Positions 50,164-60,917 of a stretch of DNA of 64,000 nucleotides are shown one piece after another. The stretch is taken from positions 168,451 through 232,450 of the forward strand of contig CAWEBB010000032.1 in the NCBI GenBank assembly GCA_963807085.1, written 5' to 3'. The notes under the pieces were generated by a model that was not told the origin of the DNA, searched no databases, and saw only the letters and a list, made by a program, of their open reading frames with translations. The translations under genes and the position numbers were made by a program. The stretch comes from an uncultured Alphaproteobacteria bacterium. GTDB taxonomy: Bacteria > Pseudomonadota > Alphaproteobacteria > Bin95. The first letter of the stretch is position 1, and every line of letters starts with the position of its first letter.

Positions 50164-51626
50164 ACGCGACCACCGACACTATTCAACAGGTCGAAAACCT
50201 GGCAGGCGAAGGCTACAAATACGGCTTCTTCACCGATATCGAGATGGATATGGCCCCCAAGGGCCTTTCCGAAGACGTCATCCGCTTCATTTCCGCCAAA
50301 AAGGAAGAGCCGGAATGGATGCTGGAATGGCGCCTGAAGGCCTATCGCCATTGGCTGACCATGGAAATGCCGTCGTGGCAGAAGCTCGACCTGCCGGAAA
50401 TCGACTATCAGGAAGCCTACTACTACGCGGCGCCGAAGTCGAAGGCCGACGGCCCGAAAAGCCTCGACGAGGTCGATCCGGAACTGCTTCGCACCTATGA
50501 GAAGCTCGGCATTCCGCTGAAAGAGCAGGAAGTGCTGGCCGGCGTGGCCAATGTCGCGGTCGATGCGGTGTTCGACAGCGTTTCGGTCGCGACCACGTTC
50601 AAGAAAAAGCTGAACGATGCGGGCGTGATATTCTGCCCGATCTCCGAAGCAATTCAAAACCATCCGGAACTGGTGAAGAAGTACCTGGGCACCGTCGTGC
50701 CCTACACCGACAACTTTTTCGCGACGTTGAACTGCGCGGTATTCACGGATGGCAGCTTCGTCTACATCCCGCCGGGCGTGCGCTGCCCGATGGAACTTTC
50801 CACTTATTTCCGCATCAACGCCATGAACACCGGCCAGTTCGAGCGGACGCTGATCATCGCCGACGAAGGCTCCTATGTCAGCTACCTGGAGGGCTGCACC
50901 GCGCCGCAGCGGGACGAGAACCAACTGCACGCTGCGGTGGTGGAACTGGTGGCGCTTGGTGATGCGGAAATCAAATATTCCACCGTCCAGAACTGGTATC
51001 CGGGCGACGAGGAAGGCAAGGGCGGCATCTTCAATTTCGTCACCAAGCGCGGCATCTGCCGCGGCGACCGCTCCAAGATCTCCTGGACCCAGGTGGAGAC
51101 GGGGTCGGCGGCGACCTGGAAATATCCGTCCTGCATCCTGCATGGCGACGATACGGTGGGCGAGTTCTATTCCATCGCCATCACCAACAACTTCCAGCAG
51201 GCCGACACGGGCACAAAGATGATCCATCGGGGCGCGCGCTCGAAATCGCGCATCATCTCCAAGGGCATCTCGGCCGGCCGGGCACACAACACCTATCGCG
51301 GATTGGTGCGGATGACGCCCAAGGCTCATGGGGCGCGGAACTATACCCAATGCGACTCGCTACTGATCGGTGACCGCTGCGGCGCACACACGTTCCCCTA
51401 TATCGAGTCGCAGAACCGGTCTGCGCGGGTCGAGCATGAGGCGACGACTTCGAAGATTTCCGAAGACCAGATGTTCTACTGCCAGTCCCGCGGCATCGAC
51501 GAGGAAGAGGCGGTTGCCCTGATCGTGAACGGCTTTTGCCGGGAAGTGCTGCAACACCTGCCGATGGAGTTCGCCGTTGAGGCGCAGAAGCTGGTCGGCA
51601 TCTCACTTGAAGGAAGCGTGGGCTGA
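50160..51626 (+). CDS. sufB: Fe-S cluster assembly protein SufB
   Basis: Begins '[24 protein letters not shown]' and carries the conserved SufB C-terminal beta-helix region. Confidence 0.9.
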   Translation: MNATTDTIQQVENLAGEGYKYGFFTDIEMDMAPKGLSEDVIRFISAKKEEPEWMLEWRLKAYRHWLTMEMPSWQKLDLPEIDYQEAYYYAAPKSKADGPKSLDEVDPELLRTYEKLGIPLKEQEVLAGVANVAVDAVFDSVSVATTFKKKLNDAGVIFCPISEAIQNHPELVKKYLGTVVPYTDNFFATLNCAVFTDGSFVYIPPGVRCPMELSTYFRINAMNTGQFERTLIIADEGSYVSYLEGCTAPQRDENQLHAAVVELVALGDAEIKYSTVQNWYPGDEEGKGGIFNFVTKRGICRGDRSKISWTQVETGSAATWKYPSCILHGDDTVGEFYSIAITNNFQQADTGTKMIHRGARSKSRIISKGISAGRAHNTYRGLVRMTPKAHGARNYTQCDSLLIGDRCGAHTFPYIESQNRSARVEHEATTSKISEDQMFYCQSRGIDEEEAVALIVNGFCREVLQHLPMEFAVEAQKLVGISLEGSVG

Positions 51627-51630
51627 TGCC

Positions 51631-51654
51631 CCACCCTTTCCCCCACCCTTTCCA
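51631..51654. repeat. 12-bp tandem repeat (ccaccctttccc x2) in the sufB-sufC spacer
   Basis: Read from the sequence. Confidence 0.3.
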
Positions 51655-51684
51655 TTGTCATCCTGTTGCCTTGGCCCGGAGCCT

Positions 51685-51725
51685 GTCGAAGGGTGAAGGC
51701 ACCAAAACCAAAGACACCCTTCGAC
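51685..51725. repeat. hairpin GTCGAAGGGTG-(19 nt)-CACCCTTCGAC in the sufB-sufC spacer
   Basis: 11-bp inverted repeat that shares the GTCGAAGGG/CCCTTCGAC core with the 19224..19259 hairpin. Confidence 0.3.
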
Positions 51726-51750
51726 TAGCTCAGGGTGAGGACCGGTAAGA

Positions 51751-52500
51751 ATGCTGAACATCAAAAATCTACACGCCACCGTCGACGGCAAGGAAATCCT
51801 GAAAGGCTTGGACCTGCATATTCCCGACGGCGAGGTGCACGCGATGATGGGGCCGAACGGCTCCGGCAAAAGCACGCTCGCCTATGTGCTGGCGGGCCGT
51901 GACGGCTATGAGGTTACGGACGGCTCGGTCGAGTACAAGGGTCAGGATCTGTTGGATATGAAGCCCGACGAGCGCGCGGCTGCCGGCGTGTTCCTGGCGT
52001 TCCAGTACCCCGTGGAGATTCCGGGCGTGACCGGCACGACCTTCATGCGCACCGCGGTGAACGCCGTTCGGCGTGCGCGCGGCGAGCAGGAACTGGACGG
52101 CATGGCCTTCGTCAAGGCAGCCCGGGCCAAGATCAAGGAATTGGGCATGACCGACGAGGTGCTGAAGCGCGCCGTCAATGTCGGTTTCTCTGGCGGCGAG
52201 AAAAAGCGCAACGAAATGCTGCAAATGGCCATGCTGGAGCCGAGCTTCGCCGTGTTGGACGAGACCAACTCGGGCCTGGACATCGACGCGTTGCGGATCG
52301 TGGCGGAGGGCGTGAACGCGCTGCGCAGTCCCGACCGCTCCATGCTGGTTATCACGCACTATCAGCGTCTGCTCGACTATATCGTGCCGGACGTGGTGCA
52401 TGTGCTTTCCAACGGCCGCATCATCAAAAGCGGCGGCGCAGAGCTTGCGCACCGGCTGGAAGCGGAAGGCTATGCCGATATGATCGAGGAGGCCGCTTAG
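51751..52500 (+). CDS. sufC: Fe-S cluster assembly ATPase SufC
   Basis: Walker A 'GPNGSGKSTL' and the ABC signature 'FSGGEKKRNE'. Confidence 0.9.
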   Translation: MLNIKNLHATVDGKEILKGLDLHIPDGEVHAMMGPNGSGKSTLAYVLAGRDGYEVTDGSVEYKGQDLLDMKPDERAAAGVFLAFQYPVEIPGVTGTTFMRTAVNAVRRARGEQELDGMAFVKAARAKIKELGMTDEVLKRAVNVGFSGGEKKRNEMLQMAMLEPSFAVLDETNSGLDIDALRIVAEGVNALRSPDRSMLVITHYQRLLDYIVPDVVHVLSNGRIIKSGGAELAHRLEAEGYADMIEEAA

Positions 52501-52502
52501 TC

Positions 52503-53732
52503 ATGGCTGCACCCGCCCGTAAATTCGGTGTGGAGGCATTCCGGGAGGCGTTGGACAGCGCCGCCCCGGCCGCCCGGCAGCAGGCGTTCGCCCGCTTTGC
52601 CGAAACCGGCCTGCCGCACCACAAGATCGAAGCCTGGAAATACACCAGTCTGGTGCATCTGGCGCGGACCGATTTCCAGCCCGCCCCGGCCAATTTCGAC
52701 CTGACCGGCCCGCTGCCCGCCCGCCTGGGCGACGCGGCACGCGTGGTGTTCGTCAATGGCCGCTACTCAGATATGCTGTCGGATGCGCCGGTAGCGGGCC
52801 ACGTGCCGCTCGCGCAGTCCAAGGTGACGTTCAGCCTGGGCGACGAAGCCGAGGATGACCCAATGCTGGCGCTGGCGGCCGCCATCGCCGAAGACGGCGC
52901 GGTCCTAACATTGGACGGCAGCTCCGGCCCCATCGAACTGCTCTATGTCACGGCGCCCGGCGCCTCGCCGCAGATGGCGCACCTGCGCAACCGCATTGAG
53001 GTGACCGGCGGGGAAGTGACGGTGATCGAGCGCCATGTCGTGATGGCCGACGGTGAGGCGACGCTGACCAACGGCATCACCGAGGTCGTGCTGGCCGAAG
53101 GGGCGCGGCTCGATCACGTGAAGCTCCAGAACGAGGCGGCCAACGCAAATCACGTCTGGCATCATGTCGTCACCGTTCCAGCCGAGGCCAACTATATCAA
53201 CTATGTGGTAAGCGTCGGCGGTGCATTGGCCCGTAACCGCGTCACCGCCTATCTGGTGGGTGAAAACGCGCATTGCACGCTGGACGGCGCCTATGCCGGC
53301 CGCGAGCGGCAGCACCTGGATCATACCTCCAAGATCGTGCACGCCGTCGCCGACACCACCAGCCGCCAAGTCTACAAGGGCGTGCTGGACGACCGCGCTC
53401 GCGGCGTGTTCCAGGGCCATATTGTGGTCGCGGAGGACGCGCAACGCACGGACGGGCACCAGCTCAACCGTGCCTTGCTGTTGAGCGATCACGCGGAGAT
53501 CAACTCCAAGCCTATGCTGGAGATTTATGCCGACGACGTGAAGTGCTCCCATGGTGCAACGGCGGGCGATCTGGACGATCGGCAGCTGTTCTATCTGGAA
53601 TCGCGCGGCATCCCGGAAGAGGAAGCCCGCCGGCTGCTGGTCGAGGCCTTCCTTTCCGAAACCGTCGACGCCATTCCCTTCGAGCCCGCCCGGGAGGCGG
53701 CCGTCGCCCTCGTTCAGGAGCACCTGGCCTAA
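52503..53732 (+). CDS. sufD: Fe-S cluster assembly protein SufD
   Basis: 409 aa SufB/D-family beta-helix, placed between sufC and sufS. Confidence 0.85.
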   Translation: MAAPARKFGVEAFREALDSAAPAARQQAFARFAETGLPHHKIEAWKYTSLVHLARTDFQPAPANFDLTGPLPARLGDAARVVFVNGRYSDMLSDAPVAGHVPLAQSKVTFSLGDEAEDDPMLALAAAIAEDGAVLTLDGSSGPIELLYVTAPGASPQMAHLRNRIEVTGGEVTVIERHVVMADGEATLTNGITEVVLAEGARLDHVKLQNEAANANHVWHHVVTVPAEANYINYVVSVGGALARNRVTAYLVGENAHCTLDGAYAGRERQHLDHTSKIVHAVADTTSRQVYKGVLDDRARGVFQGHIVVAEDAQRTDGHQLNRALLLSDHAEINSKPMLEIYADDVKCSHGATAGDLDDRQLFYLESRGIPEEEARRLLVEAFLSETVDAIPFEPAREAAVALVQEHLA

Positions 53733-55003
53733 TGAGCGCCCCTGTGATCAACCAAAGCGTTGCCACCTTGTCGAAGTCGAATTTCGACTTGGAAGCCATC
53801 CGCGCCGACTTCCCGATTTTGGAAAGGGAGGTTTACGGCAAGCCGCTGGTCTTCTTGGACAGCGCGGCGAGTGCCCAGACGCCCCGGCAAGTGGTGGATG
53901 TGTTCCGCGACGTCTACGAGAACGACTATGCTAACGTCCATCGTGGCATTCACTGGCTCAGTCAGCGCTGCACTGACCGGTTCGAGGGCGCGCGCGAGAC
54001 GGTGGCCCGTTTCATGAACGTGGCGGACGCCGAACAAGTGATCTTTACCAGCGGTTCGACCGAATCGCTGAACCTGGTGGCAGCCTCCTATGCCCGCTCG
54101 ACCTTGAAGCCGGGCGACGAAATTCTGCTCTCGGAACTGGAGCATCACTCCAACATCATCCCCTGGCAGATGGCGGCCAAGGCCACCGGCGCCATTATCA
54201 AGGCGATTCCCATCCTGCCGGATGGCCAGATCGACCTGGATGCCTACCGCGCCCTGCTGGGGAGTGGCCGGGTAAGGATCGTGGCGATCACCCATATTTC
54301 CAACGCCCTCGGCACGGTGGTGCCGATCGCCGATGAGATCGTGCCCGCCGCCCATGCGGCCGGTGCTATCGTCGTGGTGGACGGGAGCCAGGCCGCGCCG
54401 CATCTGAAGCTGGATATTCCCGCGCTGGGCGCCGACTTCTATGCCTTTACCGGACACAAGGTCTATGGCCCGAACGGTATCGGCGTTCTTTGGGGCCGGC
54501 CGGAACTGCTGGACGCCATGCCGCCCTATCAGGGTGGCGGCGAGATGATCGACTTCGTCTCCATTACCGAGAGCACCTACAAAGACCCGCCCTATCGTTT
54601 TGAGGCCGGGACGCCGCCGATTGTCGAGGCCATCGCGCTGGCCCGCGCCATGGACTACATGAACGATATCGGCCACGATGCCATTGCGGCGCACGAGCAC
54701 GACCTGACCGTCTACGCCATGGAGCAGTTGGGCCGGATCCCGGAGGTGACGCTGCACGGCACCGCGCCGGACAAGGCGGGCATCATCTCTTTCACCTGGG
54801 ACGGCGTGCACGCGCACGATGTGGGTACGATCATCGACCGGGCCGGTGTCGCGCTCCGGGTTGGCCATCACTGCGCCCAGCCGCTGATGGACCGGCTGGG
54901 CGTGCCGTCCACGGCGCGGGTGAGCTTTGGTGTCTACAATAGGCGGGCGGACGTGGACCGGCTGGTGCAGGCGCTCGACGATGTGCGCGCCATTTTTAGC
55001 TGA
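53732..55003 (+). CDS. sufS: cysteine desulfurase SufS
   Basis: ATG overlaps the sufD stop. Class II aminotransferase V fold with the active-site loop 'RVGHHCAQPLMDRLGV'. Confidence 0.9.
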   Translation: MSAPVINQSVATLSKSNFDLEAIRADFPILEREVYGKPLVFLDSAASAQTPRQVVDVFRDVYENDYANVHRGIHWLSQRCTDRFEGARETVARFMNVADAEQVIFTSGSTESLNLVAASYARSTLKPGDEILLSELEHHSNIIPWQMAAKATGAIIKAIPILPDGQIDLDAYRALLGSGRVRIVAITHISNALGTVVPIADEIVPAAHAAGAIVVVDGSQAAPHLKLDIPALGADFYAFTGHKVYGPNGIGVLWGRPELLDAMPPYQGGGEMIDFVSITESTYKDPPYRFEAGTPPIVEAIALARAMDYMNDIGHDAIAAHEHDLTVYAMEQLGRIPEVTLHGTAPDKAGIISFTWDGVHAHDVGTIIDRAGVALRVGHHCAQPLMDRLGVPSTARVSFGVYNRRADVDRLVQALDDVRAIFS

Positions 55004-55037
55004 CGACTTCAGGTGACGAGGACAGGAGAGCGGAGCG

Positions 55038-55457
55038 ATGAACTCCCCATTTGGCTATCCCGATAATTCGATGTTTATGGACGGCGGCGAGCTCTCGATG
55101 GAAGAGCTCAAGCAGCTTTGCGCCCGGCGGGGCGAGCCCCTGCCGAAAGGGCAGCGCGTCGCCACTGGCGAAGAGGCGATCGAGGCCCTGCGCACAGTTT
55201 ATGACCCGGAAATACCCGTGAATATTTTCGACCTGGGTCTTATATATGAGCTGGACATCCACAAGGATGGTTCCGCGCGGGCGGTGATGACTTTGACCGC
55301 ACCGGGTTGTCCGGTCGCCGGCGAGATGCCGGAAATGGTCGCCGAAGCGTTGGACCAGGTGGATGGGATCGGCGAGATCGAGGTCACGCTGACCTTCGAT
55401 CCGCCGTGGACGCCCGAAATGATGAGCGAGGATGCTCGTCTCGCGCTAGGATTTTAA
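55038..55457 (+). CDS. sufT: SUF-system Fe-S assembly protein (DUF59/MIP18, SufT-like)
   Basis: 'IEALRTVYDPEIPVNIFDLGLIYELDI...LTAPGCPVAGEM' is the DUF59 signature. Confidence 0.7.
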   Translation: MNSPFGYPDNSMFMDGGELSMEELKQLCARRGEPLPKGQRVATGEEAIEALRTVYDPEIPVNIFDLGLIYELDIHKDGSARAVMTLTAPGCPVAGEMPEMVAEALDQVDGIGEIEVTLTFDPPWTPEMMSEDARLALGF

Positions 55458-55513
55458 CCTAGAGAGAGTTTAGTGCGAGGCAACCCGGACCGAGAAAGAG
55501 GAGACAGACTGTC

Positions 55514-55852
55514 GTGGAACGTCCCCCCGTCGTAACCCTGACCGACGCCGCCGCCGAGCGCGTCAAGGCGTTGGTCGCCAAGAGTGAAGAGCCGGTGCAG
55601 GGCCTGCGCATCGGGGTGAAGACCCGTGGCTGCTCTGGCATGAGCTATTCGGTGGAATACGCCGATGAGCCCAAAAAGTTCGAAGAGGTGGTGGAGCAGA
55701 AGGGCGTGAAGCTGTTCATCGACCCGACCGCCGTCATGTTCATTCTGGGTTCGGAAGTGGATTTTCAGGAAAACCGCTTCGCCAGCGGCTTCACCTTCAC
55801 CAACCCCAACGAAAAGGGCCGCTGCGGCTGCGGCGAGAGCTTCCACGTCTGA
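55514..55852 (+). CDS. sufA: A-type Fe-S carrier (SufA/IscA/ErpA family)
   Basis: GTG start. It has 'RGCSGMSY' and the C-terminal 'GCGCGESFHV'. Confidence 0.8.
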   Translation: MERPPVVTLTDAAAERVKALVAKSEEPVQGLRIGVKTRGCSGMSYSVEYADEPKKFEEVVEQKGVKLFIDPTAVMFILGSEVDFQENRFASGFTFTNPNEKGRCGCGESFHV

Positions 55853-55998
55853 TTGGTGAGGTGTTTCCCGGAAGGCGGCGCAAGCCGGCCGGTCCGGGAT
55901 CTCGCGCCACTTGAGACTTCGCAAAGAGACTCCCGGATACCGCTGTCGCGCTTCCGGGGACGCTTGTATGCTGGCGGCCAATAGGAGGGGATTTGCCC

Positions 55999-56427
55999 AT
56001 GCCTACCATCAATGGCTCCTGCCATTGCGGCAATCTGCAAGCGATGCTTATCACCGAGAAGAAGCCCGAAGAGATGTGGCTGCGGGCGTGTCAGTGCGAC
56101 TTCTGCCGCTCGCACAACATGCGCTCACTCAGCGACTCCGCCGGGCGGATGGAGATGCGCGTGCGGGACGGCAGCCAGCTCAACCGCTACCATTTCGGCC
56201 TGGGCATGGTGGACTTCCTGATCTGCCGGAATTGCGGCAACTATATCGGCGCGGTGCAGGAAGTGGACGGCCAACTCTATGGCATCATGAACGCCAACCT
56301 GACCGAAAACCGCGGCGCGCAATTTGGCGAGGCCGAACACCGCCATTATGAAGAAGAAAGCGGCGAGGAACGCGCTCTCCGCCGCAAAAACGTGTGGACG
56401 CCGGCGGCGCTGACGGTCGAAGGCTGA
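55999..56427 (+). CDS. GFA (glutathione-dependent formaldehyde-activating / CENP-V) family protein
   Basis: Zinc-ligand pattern 'CHCGN...CQCDFCR...CRNCG'. Confidence 0.65.
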   Translation: MPTINGSCHCGNLQAMLITEKKPEEMWLRACQCDFCRSHNMRSLSDSAGRMEMRVRDGSQLNRYHFGLGMVDFLICRNCGNYIGAVQEVDGQLYGIMNANLTENRGAQFGEAEHRHYEEESGEERALRRKNVWTPAALTVEG

Positions 56428-56476
56428 ATGACGGCGCACCTGCTTGACTGAAGCCTGCCACAGGCTGTGTTCGCTG

Positions 56477-57459
56477 CTAAGGAAGGAGCACGGCTGCTCC
56501 CGTTAACCGTCCGTGACGCAGGTCGGCAAGCGCGGTATTGGCCTGCTCCAGCGGGTAGGTGCTGACCGCCGTCTCAACGCCCGCTTGTGCTGCAATCTCC
56601 AGAAACTCCAGCCCGTCCTGCCGGGTCAGGTTTGCCACCGAGACTACCTGTCGCTCGCCCCAAAGAATGCTGTAGGGGAAGGTGGGAATGTCGCTCATAT
56701 GGATGCCGCCGCAGACCACAGTGCCACCCTTGCGCACTGCCCGGAGCGCCGTTGGCACCAGACTGCCCACGGGGGCAAAGATGATGGCGGCGTCCAGCTG
56801 GAAGGGCGACGGCTCGTCGGACCCCCGGCCCAGTCCGCGCCCAGGCTGCGGGCAAATTGCTGGGCGGCATTGTCGCCCGGGCGGGTGAATGCCGCGAGCG
56901 TGCGCCCCTGCCAGACTGCGATCTGCGCCAGGATGTGGGCCGCCGCGCCAAAGCCATAGATGCCGAGCCGTTCAGCCTCACCTGCCATTTTCAGCGAGCG
57001 GTAGCCGATCAGGCCGGCGCAGAGCAGCGGCGCGAGTTCGGCATCGCTTTTGCCGCCGGGCAGTGGCAGGACGAATCGGGCATCGGCGACGCACATCTCG
57101 GCAAAGCCGCCGTTGACAGTGTAGCCGGTGAACTCCGGTGCATCGCAGAGATTCTCCTGCTGCATGTTGCAGTAACGACAGTGGCCGCAGGTATGGCCCA
57201 GCCAGGGAACACCCACCCGTTGCCCCAGGGTCAGCCCGTCGACCGCGTCACCCAAAGCATCGATCCGCCCGACGATCTCGTGGCCCGGCACCAATGGCAG
57301 TTTGGGCTCGGTCAGGTCGCCATCGACGACGTGCAGATCGGTGCGGCAGACGCCGCAGGCCGAAATCGCAATGCGGACCTGGCCGGGCCCGGGCCTCGGA
57401 ACGCTCAGTTGCCGCATTTCGAGCGGCTCACCCTGGCGGGCCAGGACCATCGCTCGCAT
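56477..57459 (-). pseudogene. zinc-dependent alcohol dehydrogenase (MDR family), one frameshift near 56830
   Basis: ORF 56695..57459 has 'CGVCRTDLHVVDGD' and 'GHEIVGRI'. ORF 56477..56770 has the C-terminal 'GGTVVCGGIHMSDIPTFPY'. The junction falls in a GGGGG run. Confidence 0.6.
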
Positions 57460-57606
57460 CGCCCAATCCTCTCGTTCATCGTAGACCGGGATTGGCCATC
57501 TCTACAGGCGCATCACCCAGGGCGCCATCATCGTAAACTCGCATCCTCGCGGTTGCGATGGACGACAATGGCCGGTTCCCGGCAATTGCATGGCTGTCAT
57601 CCGGCA

Positions 57607-57990
57607 TCAACCGGAGCCGCTGCCATAGGGCCGGGTCAGGATTTCGAGATTGTGGCCATCCGGGTCGTCAAAATACAGGCCGCGGCCATTGTCGCGGCGG
57701 TTGATTTCTCCCGGTTTTTCGTGGTGCGGGTCCGCCCAGTAATCGAGGCTCTTGGCCTTGATGCGCGCGAAAATCTCGTCGAACTCCGCCTCGCTCACCA
57801 AAAAGGCATAGTGCTGAGAAGGCACCTCGCCCGCAGTGCTGTGGAAATCCAGCGAGGTTTCACCGGCTTGCACCACGGTAAATGGTCCGAAGCTGCCAGG
57901 CGCCGAAAGGCCAAGGATCTCGCTTAGGAATGCGGCCGATCTGTCCTGATCCTTTGCGGCGACGATGGTGTGGTTGAGTTGAACTGCCAT
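57607..57990 (-). CDS. VOC (glyoxalase/bleomycin-resistance) family protein
   Basis: Begins 'MAVQLNHTIVAAKDQDRSAAFLSEILGL' and is about 125 aa. Confidence 0.65.
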   Translation of the reverse strand: MAVQLNHTIVAAKDQDRSAAFLSEILGLSAPGSFGPFTVVQAGETSLDFHSTAGEVPSQHYAFLVSEAEFDEIFARIKAKSLDYWADPHHEKPGEINRRDNGRGLYFDDPDGHNLEILTRPYGSGSG

Positions 57991-58214
57991 GGACTTGGCT
58001 CCTTGTTCGTCATGCGGTGCCCTGCCTGTTGGCCGGTACGGTCGCATGTAAAAGATAGGTTGTGCGCGGCCACACGCGGCGCAAGTGGGGACGGCGCCTC
58101 GCGGCCGACGGCTGGCAGCATGGCTGCGTTTCCGATTTTCCGGCTTGCGTTGGCAATCGTTATGGGGCGTCTTGCGGTGCCGATTGCATTCCGTGTCACG
58201 AGTAGGGAATTCTC

Positions 58215-59033
58215 ATGGCCCGCCCTGCCGCCCGTATTACGCCTCCCGCCATTAAAGCCCGCAAGGGCGGGGAGCCCATCGCCTGTCTCACCGCCTACAC
58301 CACGCCGATCGCCAGATTGGTGGACGCGCACTGCGATCTGATCCTGGTCGGCGACTCCCTGGGTATGGTGGTCTACGGGCTGCCCTCCACCATCGGCGTC
58401 ACCATGGAGATGATGATTGCCCACGGCCAGGCAACGATGCGGGGCGCCAACCGCGCGTGCGTGGTGGTTGACATGCCCTTCGGCTCCTATGAGGAAAGCC
58501 CGGAACAGGCCATGCGCAATGCCGCCCGCATCATGATCGAGACCGGCTGCCAGGCGGTGAAGCTGGAAGGTGGCGAGAGCATGGCACCCACCATCCGCTT
58601 TCTGACCGAGCGAAGCGTGCCGGTCATGGCGCATATCGGCCTGCGCCCCCAGGCCGTAAACACGTTCGGCGGCTACAAGGTGCAGGGGCGGGACGATGCC
58701 TCCCGCGCGCAGGTACTGGCCGACGCAAAGGCCATCAGCGATGCCGGCGCGTTCGGCGTCGTGATCGAAAAAACGGCGGAGGAGATCTCGCGCGAGATTA
58801 CCCAGGCCATTCCCATTCCGACCATCGGCATCGGCGCCTCGCTCGCCTGCGACGGGCAAATCCTGGTGGTGGACGATATCCTCGGCATGTTCACCGATTT
58901 CCGCCCGAAGTTCGCCAAGCCCTATGCGGAATTGGCAGAGGACGCGGGTGAGGCGATCCGGAGCTATGCCGACGACGTGCGCGCCCATCGCTTTCCGGGG
59001 CCGGAGCACGTGTTCGGCGGCAAGAAAGGCTGA
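58215..59033 (+). CDS. panB: 3-methyl-2-oxobutanoate hydroxymethyltransferase
   Basis: '[33 protein letters not shown]' is canonical PanB. Confidence 0.85.
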   Translation: MARPAARITPPAIKARKGGEPIACLTAYTTPIARLVDAHCDLILVGDSLGMVVYGLPSTIGVTMEMMIAHGQATMRGANRACVVVDMPFGSYEESPEQAMRNAARIMIETGCQAVKLEGGESMAPTIRFLTERSVPVMAHIGLRPQAVNTFGGYKVQGRDDASRAQVLADAKAISDAGAFGVVIEKTAEEISREITQAIPIPTIGIGASLACDGQILVVDDILGMFTDFRPKFAKPYAELAEDAGEAIRSYADDVRAHRFPGPEHVFGGKKG

Positions 59034-59133
59034 GATCCGCCACTGCTTGGCGGCGCTCTGGCCAAACGCGCTCGCCGGAGGCAATCTGGCGGCAGTTGCT
59101 CTTCTGGAGCCCTGGCAGGAGGCCGTTCCGACG

Positions 59134-59892
59134 ATGGCTGACAAAAACAAATTTGCCCTGATCACCGGTGCCGGTTCCGGCATTGGCCGCTATTCGGCGC
59201 TGGGGCTACTGAACGATGGCTGGCACGTGGCCCTTTCCGGCCGCCGCGCCGCTGCGCTGGACGAGACCGTGGCCATGGCCGGGCCGGACGGAGCGCGAGC
59301 CCTGCCGATCCCGAGCGATGTTTCGGCACCGGACGGGGTGAAGAAACTGTTCGAAACCTACCGCGCCCAGTGGTCCCGGCTCGATATGCTGTTCAACAAT
59401 GCGGGCATGGGCGCCCCGCCGGTGCCGCTGGAGGATCTGACCATCGATCAATGGCAGAATGTGGTCAACGTGAACCTGACCGGCGCGTTCCTCTGCACCC
59501 AGGAAGCGTTCCGCATCATGAAGGCGCAAGACCCTAAGGGCGGGCGGATCATCAACAACGGCTCGATCTCCGCCCATGCGCCCCGGCCGTTTTCCTCGCC
59601 CTATACGGCAACCAAGCACGCGGTTACGGGGCTCACCAAGGCTACGTCGCTGGACGGCCGTGGCTATGACATCGTCGCCTGCCAGATCGATATCGGCAAC
59701 GCCGAAACGCCGATGACCCAGCGCATGAAGGCGGGGGTGTTGCAGCCGGACGGCTCGACGCGGGTGGAGCCGGTGATGGATGTGCGCAACGTGGCCGACA
59801 CAATCGTGCTGATGGCGAATATGAGCCTGGAAGCGAACATTCAGACGGTCACGGTGATGGCGTCGAAAATGCCGTTCGTCGGACGGGGGTAG
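59134..59892 (+). CDS. SDR family oxidoreductase
   Basis: '[12 protein letters not shown]' (TGxxxGxG) and the YxxxK catalytic context. Confidence 0.7.
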   Translation: MADKNKFALITGAGSGIGRYSALGLLNDGWHVALSGRRAAALDETVAMAGPDGARALPIPSDVSAPDGVKKLFETYRAQWSRLDMLFNNAGMGAPPVPLEDLTIDQWQNVVNVNLTGAFLCTQEAFRIMKAQDPKGGRIINNGSISAHAPRPFSSPYTATKHAVTGLTKATSLDGRGYDIVACQIDIGNAETPMTQRMKAGVLQPDGSTRVEPVMDVRNVADTIVLMANMSLEANIQTVTVMASKMPFVGRG

Positions 59893-59988
59893 AGTGCCTC
59901 TCTCTCTTTCCTTCTTCACCTTTCGACAGGCTTTAAGACGAAATCAGGCGGGAACCGAACTCGCCGCGCAATACAAGGAAACGCGTCG

Positions 59989-60906
59989 ATGTCCTGGTAT
60001 CCCCCACCCGAAACCATCACCGCCGAGGTCTTCTGCGAGGTGCCGGCCGAATACCGCCGCCGGGAGCGTTCGGTCTGGGCGGATACCAACCGCCAGGGCG
60101 CGTCCGTCGATTGCTTTGTCGAGGGGCCGAGCTTCGACCGGCAGGGCAATCTCTACTTCACCGACATTCCCTGGGGCCGGGTCTTCCGCGCTGCGCCGGA
60201 CGGCACGGTCGATCTGATCGCCGAATATGATGGCGAGCCGAACGGCCTGCGCATTCACCAGGACGGTGGTATTTTCATTACGGACTCCAAGCACGGCATC
60301 ATGCAACTCGATCCAGCCACGGGCGCGGTGAGCGAGCACTGCACGCGTTTCAGGCTGGAGTCGTTCAAGGGCTGCAACGACTTGGCCTATGCCAGCGACG
60401 GCACGCTCGCCTGGACCGACCAGGGCCAAACCGGCCTGCAGGACCCGACGGGCCGGGTGTTCCGTCAGACGCCGGATGGCAAAGTGGACCTGCTGCTGAA
60501 AGGCATTCCGAGCCCGAACGGCCTGGTCTGGAGTCTGGACGACAAGATGCTGTATGTGGCGGTGACCCGTGCCAACGCCATATGGCGGGTGCCGATCATG
60601 CTGGACGGTCAGCCCTCGAAAGTCGGTACCTTCATCCAGATGTCCGGCGGTACCGGTCCGGACGGCATTACCATTACGGCCGATGGCGGGCTGGTGATCA
60701 GCCATGTGGGCCTGGGCGCGATCTGGGTGATGGATCAGTTCGGCCAGCCGCTCTACCGGGTGAACTCGCCGACCGGGCATGCGACCACCAACGTCGCGTT
60801 TGGCGGACCCGGGAACAAAGACCTGTACATCACGGAGAGCGAGACCGGCACCATCCTGAAGGCGACGCTGCCGGTTGCGGGGGCGACGCTGTATTCGCAT
60901 CGGTAG
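59989..60906 (+). CDS. SMP-30/gluconolactonase/LRE family protein
   Basis: Six-bladed beta-propeller repeats ('EGPSFDRQGNLYFTDIPWGRVFR'). Confidence 0.7.
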   Translation: MSWYPPPETITAEVFCEVPAEYRRRERSVWADTNRQGASVDCFVEGPSFDRQGNLYFTDIPWGRVFRAAPDGTVDLIAEYDGEPNGLRIHQDGGIFITDSKHGIMQLDPATGAVSEHCTRFRLESFKGCNDLAYASDGTLAWTDQGQTGLQDPTGRVFRQTPDGKVDLLLKGIPSPNGLVWSLDDKMLYVAVTRANAIWRVPIMLDGQPSKVGTFIQMSGGTGPDGITITADGGLVISHVGLGAIWVMDQFGQPLYRVNSPTGHATTNVAFGGPGNKDLYITESETGTILKATLPVAGATLYSHR

Positions 60907-60917
60907 CGGACGCGGTA

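Noticed and set aside
49923-51350. Long antisense ORFs of 400-630 aa opposite real genes (also 57924..59183, 59944..61848, 34333..35730, 37199..38392, 21817..23523, 19260..20537)
   Set aside because: They are typical stop-codon-poor antisense frames in high-GC DNA. They have Arg/Ala/Gly/Pro-rich low-complexity translations and no recognisable domains, and they fully overlap well-supported genes on the other strand.
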